A DNA stretch of 64,000 nucleotides from a virus. Its lineage: Duplodnaviria; Caudoviricetes. The stretch lies in IMG/VR virus record IMGVR_UViG_3300000169_000002, positions 1 through 64,000 of that record; one strand, written 5' to 3'. The translations under genes and the position numbers were made by a program. Under the pieces are notes generated by a model, which saw nothing but the letters and a program-made list of their open reading frames with translations, was not told where the DNA came from and searched no databases. Below, piece after piece: positions 11,301 to 20,274 of this stretch (positions are counted from its first letter, which is position 1; every line of letters begins with the position of its first letter).

Positions 11301-14300
11301 AACTGCTCGCACTGGAGGGGGACCAAAAACTTTACCTCCGATTGGGACTTATATACCTCTTCCAAGTGGCGGCAGGGGTGGAACAACTGTAGCATTACCT
11401 CCGGGTCCATATATTCCTTTACCGAATGGAAGGGGAGGAACTATCCTCTCATTGCCCGGTGATGTTATTGATCCTGGTCCGGTTAGAAGGACAACTACTA
11501 CCACCGGCCCTATGAGGCCGAGAACATATATAGATGTGATTCCTGATAAAAATGGCGTATATCATGTAAAACCAAGTAAATGGGTTACCGCTGCTAGAAG
11601 AATTCCAATTGCTGGTGCCTTGTTAGGTGCTGGTATTATTGGTTATGATGCTTATAATATATTTACTGCCGGATCTGAAGAAGAAAAATATGAAGCTAAA
11701 AGGAATTTGTTTGGAACTCTTGGTAGCATGGCAGGGGGTGCAGCCGCAGGGGCCGGTCTCGGTGCCTTGTTAGGATCTTTCGCACCCGGTATCGGTAATG
11801 TTATTGGTGGTACTATAGGTGGCATCGGCGGGGCAATTATCGGAGAAGCTGGTGTAAGAAAGATATATGAAAAGAAAGATGATATTGGTCAATGGGCTAA
11901 AGATAAATATAATCAAATAAAGAATTTTACTACGGATACTGTGGGCAAATTCTGGAACAGTGCCCCAATTGAGACTGCAAGGAATTTGGCCACTGGCTTT
12001 GTTACAATGATTTCGGAAATCGTATCTGGCGTATATGATGCAACTGTGGATGTATTAAAATCGACTGGAAGACTGTTTGGAAGAATGTGGAGCAGTTTTA
12101 AAGAGTCTGCTAAAGAAAAATGGAATGATTATGTTGTTGAGCCTTATAATGAGTTTATGGGATGGATCAAAAAATCTCTCAAAAGCATTAAAGAAACTGT
12201 ATCTGAAAAATGGAATGAATATGTGAAAGAACCTATTAGAGAATTTAAGATTGCTATTTCAGAAAAATGGAAAGATATGAAAGAATGGATTAAAGATAGT
12301 TGGGATAGATACATCCCTGAGCCTTTGAAAAATTTCTTAAATACGGTTAAGACTAAATTTAATGAAACTAAAGAACTGGTTAGTGAAAAATGGAATGACT
12401 GGGTAGTTCAACCTTTGAAAAACCTTGGAAATAAAATTAAAGATCTGATTGATCGAGCTAAAGATTGGGTAAAGAATATATGGAATAGTATATGGGGAGA
12501 CAGAGGCGAATCTGCTAAAGAATCTATGGAAGAAGCCGGTAAGAAGACCGGTGAAAAAGCTCGTAAAATTGGTAGCGGTATAAGTTCTTGGATAGATTCT
12601 CTGTGGAATAAAGAAAAAGGTGGTGGCGACCCGGCATACGACCTCTCCTATGTATTAAAAGGAGCAGTTCCTGGGACTGACGCCACTGCTCAAGATTTGC
12701 CAATGATAGCTTCTATTGCTAATAGATTTGGTATTAACCCGCACTTGTGGATTGCTCTTGCGGAAACTGAAAGTAATCTTTATTCTAAAGCAACTAACCC
12801 GAAATCCACTGCAAGGGGTTGGGGGCAGATTCTTGAAGGTACAGCTAGAGATATTTACGAAAATAAATTAAGACTTGGTCGCTACAATCATAATATGGCA
12901 TTTGATAAGAATATAAATGCAACTCTGTCAATGGCGTATCTGAGACAGATGTTTGATACCTTTGGCGGGGATGCTACTAAAGCTATTATTGCATATAATG
13001 TAGGTCCTGGAAATGTTAAGAAGGGCATAGGATTACATGATACCGGAGGATATGGTGCTGGGCATGGTATAGAATATCTACAAAGAGTTATAAGGAACCT
13101 GAAAGAAAATACTGGATTGGATCTTAAAGACGTTGTTGATGCATCTAAGATGACCCCAATTGATTATGCAACTATTGGTGCGCTAAGTGGACTTTCAGCA
13201 TATGATGCTGCCTCTAGCGGTAGCGCTAAAGAATATACTATGTCCTCTATGCTTTCCAGCTTAGGTGCATACTTAAGTGGCGATAAGCTTAGGGAAGTCT
13301 ATGGATTTGATCCGTCTGAACTTTTATCTAATTTGGATAAAGAGCTGTTGAAGAAAACAGACCCATTCTATGCATCTGTGACCGGGACTGGCCTCGGGAC
13401 GGCTGGAGCGACCTATTATGCTGCAAGTAAAACTTATTCTAATTCTGATATAAACGCTGTTAAAGCTAGAAACTCTAAGCTTTATCCATTCGTATCTGGA
13501 GACAATGATATTCATGAATTCTTTGCTGAGCGCCTTAACAATTTGGCTAAGGCATATGGTAAACCTCTGAGTATCAACTCTGGTTATAGATCAGATCAAG
13601 AACAAATGCGCTTGATCAATGAATGGAGAGCTAAAAATCCTGGCAAATCTGAAGAAGAACGTAGAAAATGGGTTGCTGATCCTGGTAGAAGTAACCATGC
13701 TGTAGGTATAGCTGCTGATATCAGCGGATGGATTCAAAGTCTCCCAGATAGTGAGCTCGAAAAATTTGGACTTTATCGTCCAATGTCTTGGGAGCCATGG
13801 CACTTTGAGCCTATTGAAACTAAGATTTATGGAAGAACTCGTAATGAATTGATGCCATTGTTTGGCACCCCAGTGGAGCCAAATCCTAACCTGTCTAATT
13901 ACATTTCATCGCAGTTTAAAGGAACTAACTCCACAGGATTTATGCCAAACATCTCTTATGCATATAATGCCGCTTATCAAATGGGCGGCGGAGATCCTGT
14001 ATATGATAGAAATTTTGGACCTCCGGACATCTCTGGATATACAACTAAGGTTAAAGATGCTGTTTCGATCGCTTCTGATAAATCTAAAGATAATCTTTCC
14101 AAGATTGTCGAAATTCTGGCTCAAATTCTTATTGCAATCGAAAGCCTTGTTGATATTTCTGATGAATCTAAATCAATTCTTAAGGAGTATTTCAAAAATA
14201 TTATGGAATCCTCTGAAAATAGCCGACCCAGAACATCGTCACCAATTATAAATAACCCTAATACGCCTCCTGCTAATCCATTAATTGATGCTGGTACATC

Positions 14301-14364
14301 AACAAGAAAACGTAATGATAAGAGTAAAATTATAGCTCAGATTGCTAGAGGAACTATGTTCTAA
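5389..14364 (+). CDS. Giant tape-measure-like tail protein with soluble lytic transglycosylase and M15 (VanY-like) peptidase domains
   Basis: About 2990 aa; TTG at 5389 is spaced correctly from AGGAGG (ORF track starts at 5380). Gly/Ala hydrophobic repeats and Trp-periodic helical repeats. SLT motifs AETES, GWGQI, AYNVG; M15 motifs SGYRS, SNHAVGIAAD, EPWHFE. Confidence 0.88.
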   Translation: MALSKSYLSNLGKSLYYSAKEVVKNQMPILTGTYENNKEIFSSGIEYTRRFVASKGASSTHSLSNMASQFLKDLDELKKNAFEDLRSGKLNNLDRQMEELEKQFGGGFDSDHDFSFTDAEISFEEDENSISIKNSQISEKNSNMRTKALMETIIDSSEKTANYIVGNNRKLNSMFMTLSAQMHTETIKMMSDTNKLLTSIVEFQNNQIIDHMNKTLTFYDNVLQELREIKQGLIPKPEETKNRPITFDDILTSSGLNLRAYGELIKKNFSNWFGGTTLGLAFSMSKMAGDQGVFGAIKSNPIGTVLQLMMSGLLPKSVKTAMTKLDNSLAGLFSAMILRLNNMKNDFYSPFRDMIGSVLGIDVPGKRSIDTSKFHKDMMQYNGRADKAITEVIPTLLSHILSAIQGSNKVMLYNYSSGKFVEKASVSSEHDSRIRRSALFDMYDLRYALKNRLAQVQGGTSEFMMDELDTFLEYIANAGKFYNPYQTKSANDLSGLKLRDSRSYNLIRAAFMSLPKSMQNRIATEIIRGRMGSRKVIENIEEELKESGLGIAYSGLQSPSIRVNTSYSISNKLLRDIKNILIEGIKVVQIGYTPAAPTVIKRIMGRKLDRTNYNVTTGTSTSQPSVATSSPTPQGKSELEQAFQKSEQQLLREMAMGADLSYSPSRAGFKNFVERVTSEKSLRNKFRVIRESVSPGNIISKGINKLDEFIHTILFGSHGRESSDDEDGDGDGGPASRSFFSRMTQRISNAIDKSVKWVERRILTPLHEKFFGENGIFTKFQERFTPFVEKFKDLARSKFEKFKEFFMGSLNKEGFYTGGIFADIANMFKDQSNQIRHFFTGAGYTKSTGEVVPENKDTSVFAYVKKYTKNIMENIKTGLFGTKYEVDEVDPETGEVRKVTRRKKDGILSAVMDQLKRTYQIFDNLFKSKKDESEEDVQKNIEQWKRELKGFLPKGLAGGALGAVSSAILPGGPVMWGILGSTVAFASHSKKFREFLFGNDEEGRPGIIPAHYKKILNEIKQSLPSIMGGGIVGLGASLILPGGPLLGLTLGSAIGFAASSKRMQEWLFGKTDENGNIITKGILGPEFKERIKEVAPAMGAGGILGMGASIFLPGGPLLGLTIGSALGFASKSKKVQELLFGKTDADGNIITKGLISPAMREKINEMLPKGMAGAVFGALSGLVKGSFLPGGPLVGAMVGASLSILATSDKFKEFMFGKVDPESGKRVGGLLGNVRDFVRDEFLIPFKGWVKKKGKVVGEWFDEAIKAPLMSAMQPLKAAFGVIGKNIKDAWTDLKKSFVNAFHEVFTKNVGIPLKNFIKENITDPLKRTLDKFFNFLGRGLSMILTAPIKGLTLFAKSIIDSEAEKTGMSSDEIIQKYGGEKDEPSATGVKTSTMVSKTKEIISKASIAGLLPGPQIAGYLPPAMPHPMHGDNIGYMLRINTSAGTGAPNSAVAQAFAEGQSKNVESINQENAGIPNGYYRTMLDYVKDIRDEVHGQLDGVGYNVETIANILLDQFGHPSVFAKGIKGVRGNLKRRGFMGRLMGLLKSPFKLAKNIIVKPVQLVLNTIKNTLMKIPRMVGRAISWAGRSVGKIISMTSKSLSGAVKLFGKSVKGVTKMLRSIGKFATTLLDTIIVKPTKALFRASKGVIRGFGTIAKGFGVLLKDTASSIFNLARKAIPALSKGIFSLTKGMINLTKTVGNAVVGMAKFAMGLLGKGFRAAGRLFGVGRSGKMAGNFTGLSGNPVYVVGGTLDLVDRVRVVEKIGAADDYSTSGLSFRRWMNNRGGVASSATHSQDVDTLESGTSGRGRFAAFKQKTFKAVSMFAKAGSYVARMARSKWNDTIPRIAFIETMAKNVKTEKDYHYTTLGLLHELVVSNIQILEATNKSISEEKGSIFDTIKSIAETLKNAWPLLAAALSPLLSGILGALGSLGNLLRKLGGRIFGRGGSARTTSGGATRPPAGGTTFVDIDRTARTGGGPKTLPPIGTYIPLPSGGRGGTTVALPPGPYIPLPNGRGGTILSLPGDVIDPGPVRRTTTTTGPMRPRTYIDVIPDKNGVYHVKPSKWVTAARRIPIAGALLGAGIIGYDAYNIFTAGSEEEKYEAKRNLFGTLGSMAGGAAAGAGLGALLGSFAPGIGNVIGGTIGGIGGAIIGEAGVRKIYEKKDDIGQWAKDKYNQIKNFTTDTVGKFWNSAPIETARNLATGFVTMISEIVSGVYDATVDVLKSTGRLFGRMWSSFKESAKEKWNDYVVEPYNEFMGWIKKSLKSIKETVSEKWNEYVKEPIREFKIAISEKWKDMKEWIKDSWDRYIPEPLKNFLNTVKTKFNETKELVSEKWNDWVVQPLKNLGNKIKDLIDRAKDWVKNIWNSIWGDRGESAKESMEEAGKKTGEKARKIGSGISSWIDSLWNKEKGGGDPAYDLSYVLKGAVPGTDATAQDLPMIASIANRFGINPHLWIALAETESNLYSKATNPKSTARGWGQILEGTARDIYENKLRLGRYNHNMAFDKNINATLSMAYLRQMFDTFGGDATKAIIAYNVGPGNVKKGIGLHDTGGYGAGHGIEYLQRVIRNLKENTGLDLKDVVDASKMTPIDYATIGALSGLSAYDAASSGSAKEYTMSSMLSSLGAYLSGDKLREVYGFDPSELLSNLDKELLKKTDPFYASVTGTGLGTAGATYYAASKTYSNSDINAVKARNSKLYPFVSGDNDIHEFFAERLNNLAKAYGKPLSINSGYRSDQEQMRLINEWRAKNPGKSEEERRKWVADPGRSNHAVGIAADISGWIQSLPDSELEKFGLYRPMSWEPWHFEPIETKIYGRTRNELMPLFGTPVEPNPNLSNYISSQFKGTNSTGFMPNISYAYNAAYQMGGGDPVYDRNFGPPDISGYTTKVKDAVSIASDKSKDNLSKIVEILAQILIAIESLVDISDESKSILKEYFKNIMESSENSRPRTSSPIINNPNTPPANPLIDAGTSTRKRNDKSKIIAQIARGTMF
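8236..9090 (+). repeat. Four tandem ~70-aa repeats (LPGGP..G...G....AS.SK....LFG) inside the tail protein
   Basis: Repeats visible in the translation, e.g. LFGKTDENGNIITKG and LFGKTDADGNIITKG. Confidence 0.85.
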
Positions 14365-14368
14365 AAAT

Positions 14369-14400
14369 AAAAGAGGATGGGAGAATCCCATCCTCTTTTT
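14369..14400 (+). terminator. Intrinsic terminator
   Basis: AAAAGAGGATGGGA/TCCCATCCTCTTTT stem. Confidence 0.8.
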
Positions 14401-14450
14401 CATTTATTAAAACTTTTAAATAATAAAGTTTTTACAAGGGGCGTGAAGTT

Positions 14451-16175
14451 ATGGCTAGTCAATATAAAGTTTTGGTAGATGCATTAAACGTTCGTTCAGG
14501 GCCTGGTTTAGACTATAAAACTACTGGGAAACATTTAACGAAAAACCAAGTAGTCACAGCTATAACTACTCAGAAAGACGCAGATGGCAGATTATGGGTT
14601 CAACATGATTCTGGATGGTCATCTGCACAATCTGCAACAAATACCTATATGCAAAAAATATCAAGTGACACTCCTCCTAATACGACTAAACCTAGTCAAA
14701 CAATACAAGAAACCAAGTCTCAACCAAATAATGCTGTAGATACTAGTCTTATAGCCGATGTTGAACAAATAAGGAATATGTATATGAATTATTCTCAAAT
14801 GAATGAGTTTAAACTTACATCTTTAAGATCGATTTATGGTCTTCCAAACCAATTTTTACACACTGCGGATATGAGAATTCCTGGTTCAAACTATGGAAGA
14901 ATGTTCACGGAAAATGTTCTTCTTGATATGCCTGTAATGTATATTATTCCTGGTGGCCCAAGATTTTTAACAGGAGAAGGCGTAAATAAAGAAACTAGAG
15001 ACTCTATGATTAGCGTTCTTGAGTCTATTGCAAGTGATATTGGTGAAGATATAGGTAAGGTTCTTGAACAAATATTGGATGGGAAAGTAGCAAGATATTA
15101 CAGTTTTCAAACTCAATATGCTGAATGGCTTAAAATTGTCAATGCTTTAAATAGAACTTCTGCTATCTATCTTGGGATAAAAGATAAAAGATTAAGAAGC
15201 GGCTCTGAAAGATATCAATTTTTTGATTGGGAAACGAAATACGTAGAATCTGATAAGGGTAACAGTGTCTTGAACTATGCAAAGACAACTGGTGTGCTAT
15301 CATTTTATTATAATAGATCCGGTTCCGGTATGTCAGAAACTGGGACTAACTCCACCAGCAGATCTATGTTAGATGGCATTCTGAATAGAGCCTCTTCACA
15401 TTCTCGCGAAGCGGCATTCCTTATGGGAATAGGCACTGGTAAACAGCTGGAAATGATGAATCCTCAAAACTATGAAGCCCAAGTAATAAATACCACTCAA
15501 ATGATGCTTGAGAATTTTAACGATGGGGATAATCCGAATATAGGTTTGTTCAAAGGTATAATGAATAACTTAAATATTGGATTTAAAACTGTAATTACCG
15601 GGGCCAATATGCTTTTACCGGAAATTTGGTCTGATTCCACTTTTAATAGATCTATTACTATAGATATTCATTTACATTCGCCTTATGGTGATCCTGAAGC
15701 ATTTTATCTAAATGTAATGGTCCCTCTTAATATGCTTATAGCATTGGCATTTCCAAGGCAGCTTGGAGCAAACGGTTATTATTCCCCATTCCTTATTCAG
15801 GCAAACTCCAAAGGCGTATTTAATTGCGATCTTGGTATAGTCGATTATATCATGATTAACAGAACTGGCCAAGGGGATTCTATGTCGAGAAACGGTCTTC
15901 CTCTGGAAGTGCAAGTTTCTCTTACTATAAGAAACTTGTATAACGCATTATCAGTCACTAACCACAATAGTTATGCTGCGTTTGTTAATAATATCGGGCT
16001 TTTGGACTTTCTGGCAAATATGGCTGCAATTAACCTTAACGAGCCAGACATCTCTCGTAAACTTAATATTCTTCTTACTAGTAAAATCAATAAAATTACT
16101 GATATCGTTTCAAACGTTATTAATACTATGGAAGACAGATTTGTCCAAAGTGTGCGTAATGCATTTAAATATTAA
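14451..16175 (+). CDS. Virion (tail/baseplate) protein with N-terminal bacterial SH3 domain
   Basis: ALNVRSGPG...W......GW is an SH3b signature. Follows the tape-measure-like gene and has an AACT-N6-TA variant promoter at 14411. Confidence 0.7.
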   Translation: MASQYKVLVDALNVRSGPGLDYKTTGKHLTKNQVVTAITTQKDADGRLWVQHDSGWSSAQSATNTYMQKISSDTPPNTTKPSQTIQETKSQPNNAVDTSLIADVEQIRNMYMNYSQMNEFKLTSLRSIYGLPNQFLHTADMRIPGSNYGRMFTENVLLDMPVMYIIPGGPRFLTGEGVNKETRDSMISVLESIASDIGEDIGKVLEQILDGKVARYYSFQTQYAEWLKIVNALNRTSAIYLGIKDKRLRSGSERYQFFDWETKYVESDKGNSVLNYAKTTGVLSFYYNRSGSGMSETGTNSTSRSMLDGILNRASSHSREAAFLMGIGTGKQLEMMNPQNYEAQVINTTQMMLENFNDGDNPNIGLFKGIMNNLNIGFKTVITGANMLLPEIWSDSTFNRSITIDIHLHSPYGDPEAFYLNVMVPLNMLIALAFPRQLGANGYYSPFLIQANSKGVFNCDLGIVDYIMINRTGQGDSMSRNGLPLEVQVSLTIRNLYNALSVTNHNSYAAFVNNIGLLDFLANMAAINLNEPDISRKLNILLTSKINKITDIVSNVINTMEDRFVQSVRNAFKY

Positions 16176-16242
16176 TTTTTCTATGAACACTCCCATATAC
16201 GGATAATCCGTATATGGGAATTTTTCGTTTTCTATATAGAAA

Positions 16243-16252
16243 TATATATTAT
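16243..16252 (+). promoter_or_regulatory. Early-type promoter
   Basis: AAATATATATTATT upstream of RNase H. Confidence 0.65.
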
Positions 16253-16279
16253 TACTTTGTAGTCTACTTAGGGGAAGGA

Positions 16280-16987
16280 ATGATAATATTGTTAATTGAA
16301 TTATTCACAGATGGCTCATCTGTGACTAATGATAAGGTCAAAGCTAGTGCCGCAGCCTATGCTATATATATTCAAGATAGATTGATTAAAAATGGAACTG
16401 AATTTTATCAAAATGGAACTAATAATCTTGCAGAATCTTCTGCAATATTAATTGGTCTTGATAGAATAAATAAATTGATACGCAAGGTAGATAAAAAGTA
16501 TATAAATCTTCCTGTGACAATACATGTTTATTCTGATTCTCTTATTACAGTTGAATCCTGTAGAAATTGGATATACAAATGGGTGAAAAAATACAGAAAT
16601 GGGATCCTTTTAAATGCCCACGGGCAAGAAGTAGCAAACCAAGATATTTTTAAAAAAATTTATAACAAATATCTTACTAACGATATGTATTCTATAAAAT
16701 TTTTCCATATAAATTCACATAAAATCGACCATCATTTATATTTAAAATATTTTGATTACATTTCTGAATATTTTCAGAATAGACATAAAAAGAAAAAATT
16801 GAAATTGGATATTCCTAATGAATTATTTACAAACGATAAATTTAGAAAAGCTAAAAATAAATTTGAAAATGTGAATAAAATTTCTATAGAAGACGAAGAG
16901 TTGTTAAGGTTACTTATATATAATAAATATGTGGACAAACTCGCAGGAGAATGTCTGGATGAAGGGCTCTCAGAATTGGCAGTATAG
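16280..16987 (+). CDS. rnhA: Ribonuclease HI
   Basis: Catalytic motifs FTDGSS, TNNLAE, VYSDS, NKYVDKLA. Start is 16280 or TTG 16289. Confidence 0.85.
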   Translation: MIILLIELFTDGSSVTNDKVKASAAAYAIYIQDRLIKNGTEFYQNGTNNLAESSAILIGLDRINKLIRKVDKKYINLPVTIHVYSDSLITVESCRNWIYKWVKKYRNGILLNAHGQEVANQDIFKKIYNKYLTNDMYSIKFFHINSHKIDHHLYLKYFDYISEYFQNRHKKKKLKLDIPNELFTNDKFRKAKNKFENVNKISIEDEELLRLLIYNKYVDKLAGECLDEGLSELAV

Positions 16988-17002
16988 ATAGGAGGGATTT
17001 GA

Positions 17003-17611
17003 ATGGGCAAGAAAAAAATTAAAAAATCACTAAAGAAGAGTATTAAAAAATTAGAGAAACAATTCTACGATAATAACAAATATGTTTCAAGAGAAGAATT
17101 TATTGTTTCTAAATTCTCAAAACGAATTAGAAAATATTATGAATCATTGTCTGAAGAACGGAAAAAATCTTTTGTTCAATATATTATAAGGCAAGAAGAT
17201 TCTGAAAGAGAAGAATCGTTGGAGAAGTATGCTACAGTTAAAGAAGATGATTCTGAAGAATATAAAATGAAAAAATGTAGGACTCTGGCTGAAGTTATTA
17301 AAGAGGTTGAAAAGAGGAAGAAATTTAGGAAGAAGCGCGAAAAGAAAATCAAGCATATACTTAAAGGAAGCAAAGGGATTCTTTATATTTTAAACCCTGA
17401 AGCTTATGATCAAACTCTTTTGAGTAAAAAAGATTACAGAAAATATCTTAAGAAAATTGTAGAGGAAGAAAAGAAAAATATGAAAAATGTTGAACTCGAT
17501 TGTACATTGAAAAATTTTCGAGACCAGCTTTTGAAAAACGATTCCGTTAATGAAGCAGTTATGGAAGCCTTCTGGGGAAAAGAAGGTTTCTTTAACACCT
17601 ATGGATATTGA
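17003..17611 (+). CDS. Lysine-rich hypothetical protein
   Basis: 202-aa ORF with AGGAGG RBS. Confidence 0.75.
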   Translation: MGKKKIKKSLKKSIKKLEKQFYDNNKYVSREEFIVSKFSKRIRKYYESLSEERKKSFVQYIIRQEDSEREESLEKYATVKEDDSEEYKMKKCRTLAEVIKEVEKRKKFRKKREKKIKHILKGSKGILYILNPEAYDQTLLSKKDYRKYLKKIVEEEKKNMKNVELDCTLKNFRDQLLKNDSVNEAVMEAFWGKEGFFNTYGY

Positions 17612-17640
17612 ATGTCAAAAACATTCAATTTCCATAGAAA

Positions 17641-17650
17641 TATATATTAT
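17641..17650 (+). promoter_or_regulatory. Early-type promoter
   Basis: AAATATATATTATT upstream of the kinase. Confidence 0.65.
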
Positions 17651-17701
17651 TAATGTGAACAAGTGTTGAAAAGAAAATAAAAATAGAAGGGATGAAGATG
17701 G

Positions 17702-19246
17702 ATGCCAAAAATTCTCAAAGAATTGTTCGACGACGAAGCGTTTGAGAAGATTCTCAAATGGGCTGACTCATCGATGAACTACCCAGAGAAGGCCGAAAAG
17801 ATTGAGAAGCTTCTCAAAAAATATAGCCTCAAACCGCTTGACTCTGGGACAAACCGGGTATGCTATATCCATAAAGATTATCCGAAAGTGGTGTTCAAAG
17901 TTGGATTTGACCCACAGGGCATTGTGGATAATCTGAATGAATACCATAAATCTAGCCTTCATCATTATTTTGCAACCTCTTATGAGATTGACAAGGAAGG
18001 TTTGATTTTGGTACAGGAAAAATGCCCGACTATTGATTATGACTATTTCCAAAAGAAAGATACGAAAAGAAAAATTAGGAGAATGCTTGAAGAGCTTGAT
18101 GAAGAAGGGTTTATTCTCATGGACCTTGGGCTCGACAAGCATAAAAATTATGGCGTTGACAGAAAAGGAAATATTCGCATTATCGATTATGGTTATGTGG
18201 AACTGAAATCTCTTGGGAATTTCAATTGTCCACATTATCGACTCAAAGGGGACAAAAAGAAATATTGCAAGGGAACCCTTCGTTACAACAAAGACTTCAC
18301 GATGCTTGAATGTGATGAATGCGAAAACGTATTCAAGATTGATGTGGTACTTGAAGGGTATACCGAAAGTAAATATCAAACTAAAGAAAAAATGCCCAAA
18401 TATAAACCATCCAAAGAACTGGATGAGTTCTATAGGAATTTCAACAAGCATAGAGATAGAGCCACACTGAAACAGTTTGTGGCTTTGTCTGATAAAATTA
18501 ATGCTACTGGGAAAGGAGAAGAAAATTTGACGGCAGCCAGTATTTTGGAAAAACTCAAGCGGCTCAATAAAGGCTCTACCAATGAACAGCATCAAGAAGT
18601 TCAAAAGGTCGACGAACCGAAAGAAAAACATGTTTCTGAAAAACCTGAAGCTACTCGAAATCTGAAAGTATATCATTCAACTCCTAGAGGAATTGATGTA
18701 CTGAAAAGGAATGATGAACTTGAAAAAGAAAGAAAGCTTCTTCGACTCAGGGAAGCTTATGAATTGATAAATGAAGATGATTCTGAAGAAACTAACAAAC
18801 TTATCAGAGATTTGTTCTTCGCTAGATTCCCGAATGTAGCTGAAGCTCTTCAAGATATCCAGCAAAGAATCGATGAAGAAAATGAAGAAGTTCAAGAAAT
18901 GATCAGACTCTGCAAAGAATCTGGCATTCATATCTTTGAAGCTGGAGAAAATAAAGATGAAGTGCATATAGCTTTTACAGTTGAAGAACTGATGAAGAAT
19001 CCCTGGATTGTTATGTCCAAGGATGGAACTGTTGTGCAGATCGATCTTAGAGCTCATATGGAACAAATTGTGAATGTCGATCATGACGAAGAAACCGATC
19101 TCATCGTTACCAGTATGGAAACCAGTCCGATCCACAAATTTGACGGGGATTACGAAAACGCTTATTTTGGTTCTGGTGATGATGAGGATGACGAACAAGA
19201 TCCCCAATATGGGGACGACGATGCCATTGACGACGAAATCGAGTAA
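17702..19246 (+). CDS. Protein kinase-like fold with Cys4 zinc-finger and acidic tail
   Basis: Gly loop DSGTNRVCY, VFK lysine, alphaC Glu (NLNEY), catalytic loop DLG..HKN, IIDYG; then CPH..C..CDEC. Confidence 0.75.
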   Translation: MPKILKELFDDEAFEKILKWADSSMNYPEKAEKIEKLLKKYSLKPLDSGTNRVCYIHKDYPKVVFKVGFDPQGIVDNLNEYHKSSLHHYFATSYEIDKEGLILVQEKCPTIDYDYFQKKDTKRKIRRMLEELDEEGFILMDLGLDKHKNYGVDRKGNIRIIDYGYVELKSLGNFNCPHYRLKGDKKKYCKGTLRYNKDFTMLECDECENVFKIDVVLEGYTESKYQTKEKMPKYKPSKELDEFYRNFNKHRDRATLKQFVALSDKINATGKGEENLTAASILEKLKRLNKGSTNEQHQEVQKVDEPKEKHVSEKPEATRNLKVYHSTPRGIDVLKRNDELEKERKLLRLREAYELINEDDSEETNKLIRDLFFARFPNVAEALQDIQQRIDEENEEVQEMIRLCKESGIHIFEAGENKDEVHIAFTVEELMKNPWIVMSKDGTVVQIDLRAHMEQIVNVDHDEETDLIVTSMETSPIHKFDGDYENAYFGSGDDEDDEQDPQYGDDDAIDDEIE

Positions 19247-19280
19247 AGTTCTGGCGTAGATTTTAAAATAATACGCTAGA

Positions 19281-19292
19281 AACATATCAGTA
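19281..19292 (+). promoter_or_regulatory. Late-type promoter
   Basis: AACA-TATCAG-TA upstream of 19319. Confidence 0.5.
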
Positions 19293-19318
19293 ATCAATCA
19301 ATCATAAAAAGGAGATGT

Positions 19319-20137
19319 TTGAGAATGCTGTTCGTGAACGAAACCCAATTTGCCAAGATTATGGAGAAGGGCGACAAGGCTCTTGCCAATGCATATGTGT
19401 ACGTCCTTTCCAACGACTCGCGGCTCGGCGAAGGTGACAACAACTTCAAGTCCCTGGTTCCGCCGAGCGAAAAAATCAAAGCCGTCGTCAACGGCGACTT
19501 GAGTCAGGATCAATTCCTGGACGACTACAAGGAATCTCTCAAAACCTACGAAAACAGCTTCATTCTGTACTCCATCGCACGGGCGTTCAATGAACGGAAA
19601 TTCATGCCGATTTTCGTCTGCACCGACGAGGAGTATGAGCTGGGATACATGAAAGTACTGCGCAAGTATCTCAGCAAGAAATATGGAATGAAAGCAATCA
19701 AACCGAAGCAATATCTGAAAGCTATCAAAGTCGTCTCCAAAGAAGTCAAGCAACTGAAGAAAGAAGGCGTGAAGCGGTCCAAACGCGAAAAGGCCTTCAT
19801 CAAAGGTATGCGCGACTTCGTCCGGGATGTGTGCCAAATCAATCTCAAAGGTCTGGAAAAGCTGGAAAAGGCCGATCAAAAATTCGCGATCGACCGCATC
19901 GTTATGCTGATCAACAATGCGGATGATCCGATGGAAGAAATCAGCAAGAAATCGGTGATCGCTGCCATCAACTCTTTTGCTCAAAGCAAAAAAGGGAAAA
20001 AGATGGTCAAGCGCCACGTCAAAGAAATCGGCATCTCCAAGAAGCAAGACCGTTGGTCCCGGAAAGATGCGATCGCGCTGGTCATGTCGATCTACAACGA
20101 AATCCACAACATCGAAGAAGAATCCGACGACAATTGA
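19319..20137 (+). CDS. Hypothetical protein (GC-rich codon class)
   Basis: 272-aa ORF, AAGGAG RBS, TTG start, terminator at 20155-20193. Confidence 0.8.
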   Translation: MRMLFVNETQFAKIMEKGDKALANAYVYVLSNDSRLGEGDNNFKSLVPPSEKIKAVVNGDLSQDQFLDDYKESLKTYENSFILYSIARAFNERKFMPIFVCTDEEYELGYMKVLRKYLSKKYGMKAIKPKQYLKAIKVVSKEVKQLKKEGVKRSKREKAFIKGMRDFVRDVCQINLKGLEKLEKADQKFAIDRIVMLINNADDPMEEISKKSVIAAINSFAQSKKGKKMVKRHVKEIGISKKQDRWSRKDAIALVMSIYNEIHNIEEESDDN

Positions 20138-20154
20138 TCCTGTACCGCGCCGCG

Positions 20155-20193
20155 GAGGAGAAGGAGAAATCCTTCTCCTCTGTTTTATTTTTT
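20155..20193 (+). terminator. Intrinsic terminator
   Basis: GAGGAGAAGGA/TCCTTCTCCTC stem plus T tract. Confidence 0.8.
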
Positions 20194-20274
20194 ATAAAAA
20201 ATGGTACAAATAATTGATTATTCACTGAAATTTATTGAAAATATTATTTTCAATAAATAAGAGAGGGAAGTTTT

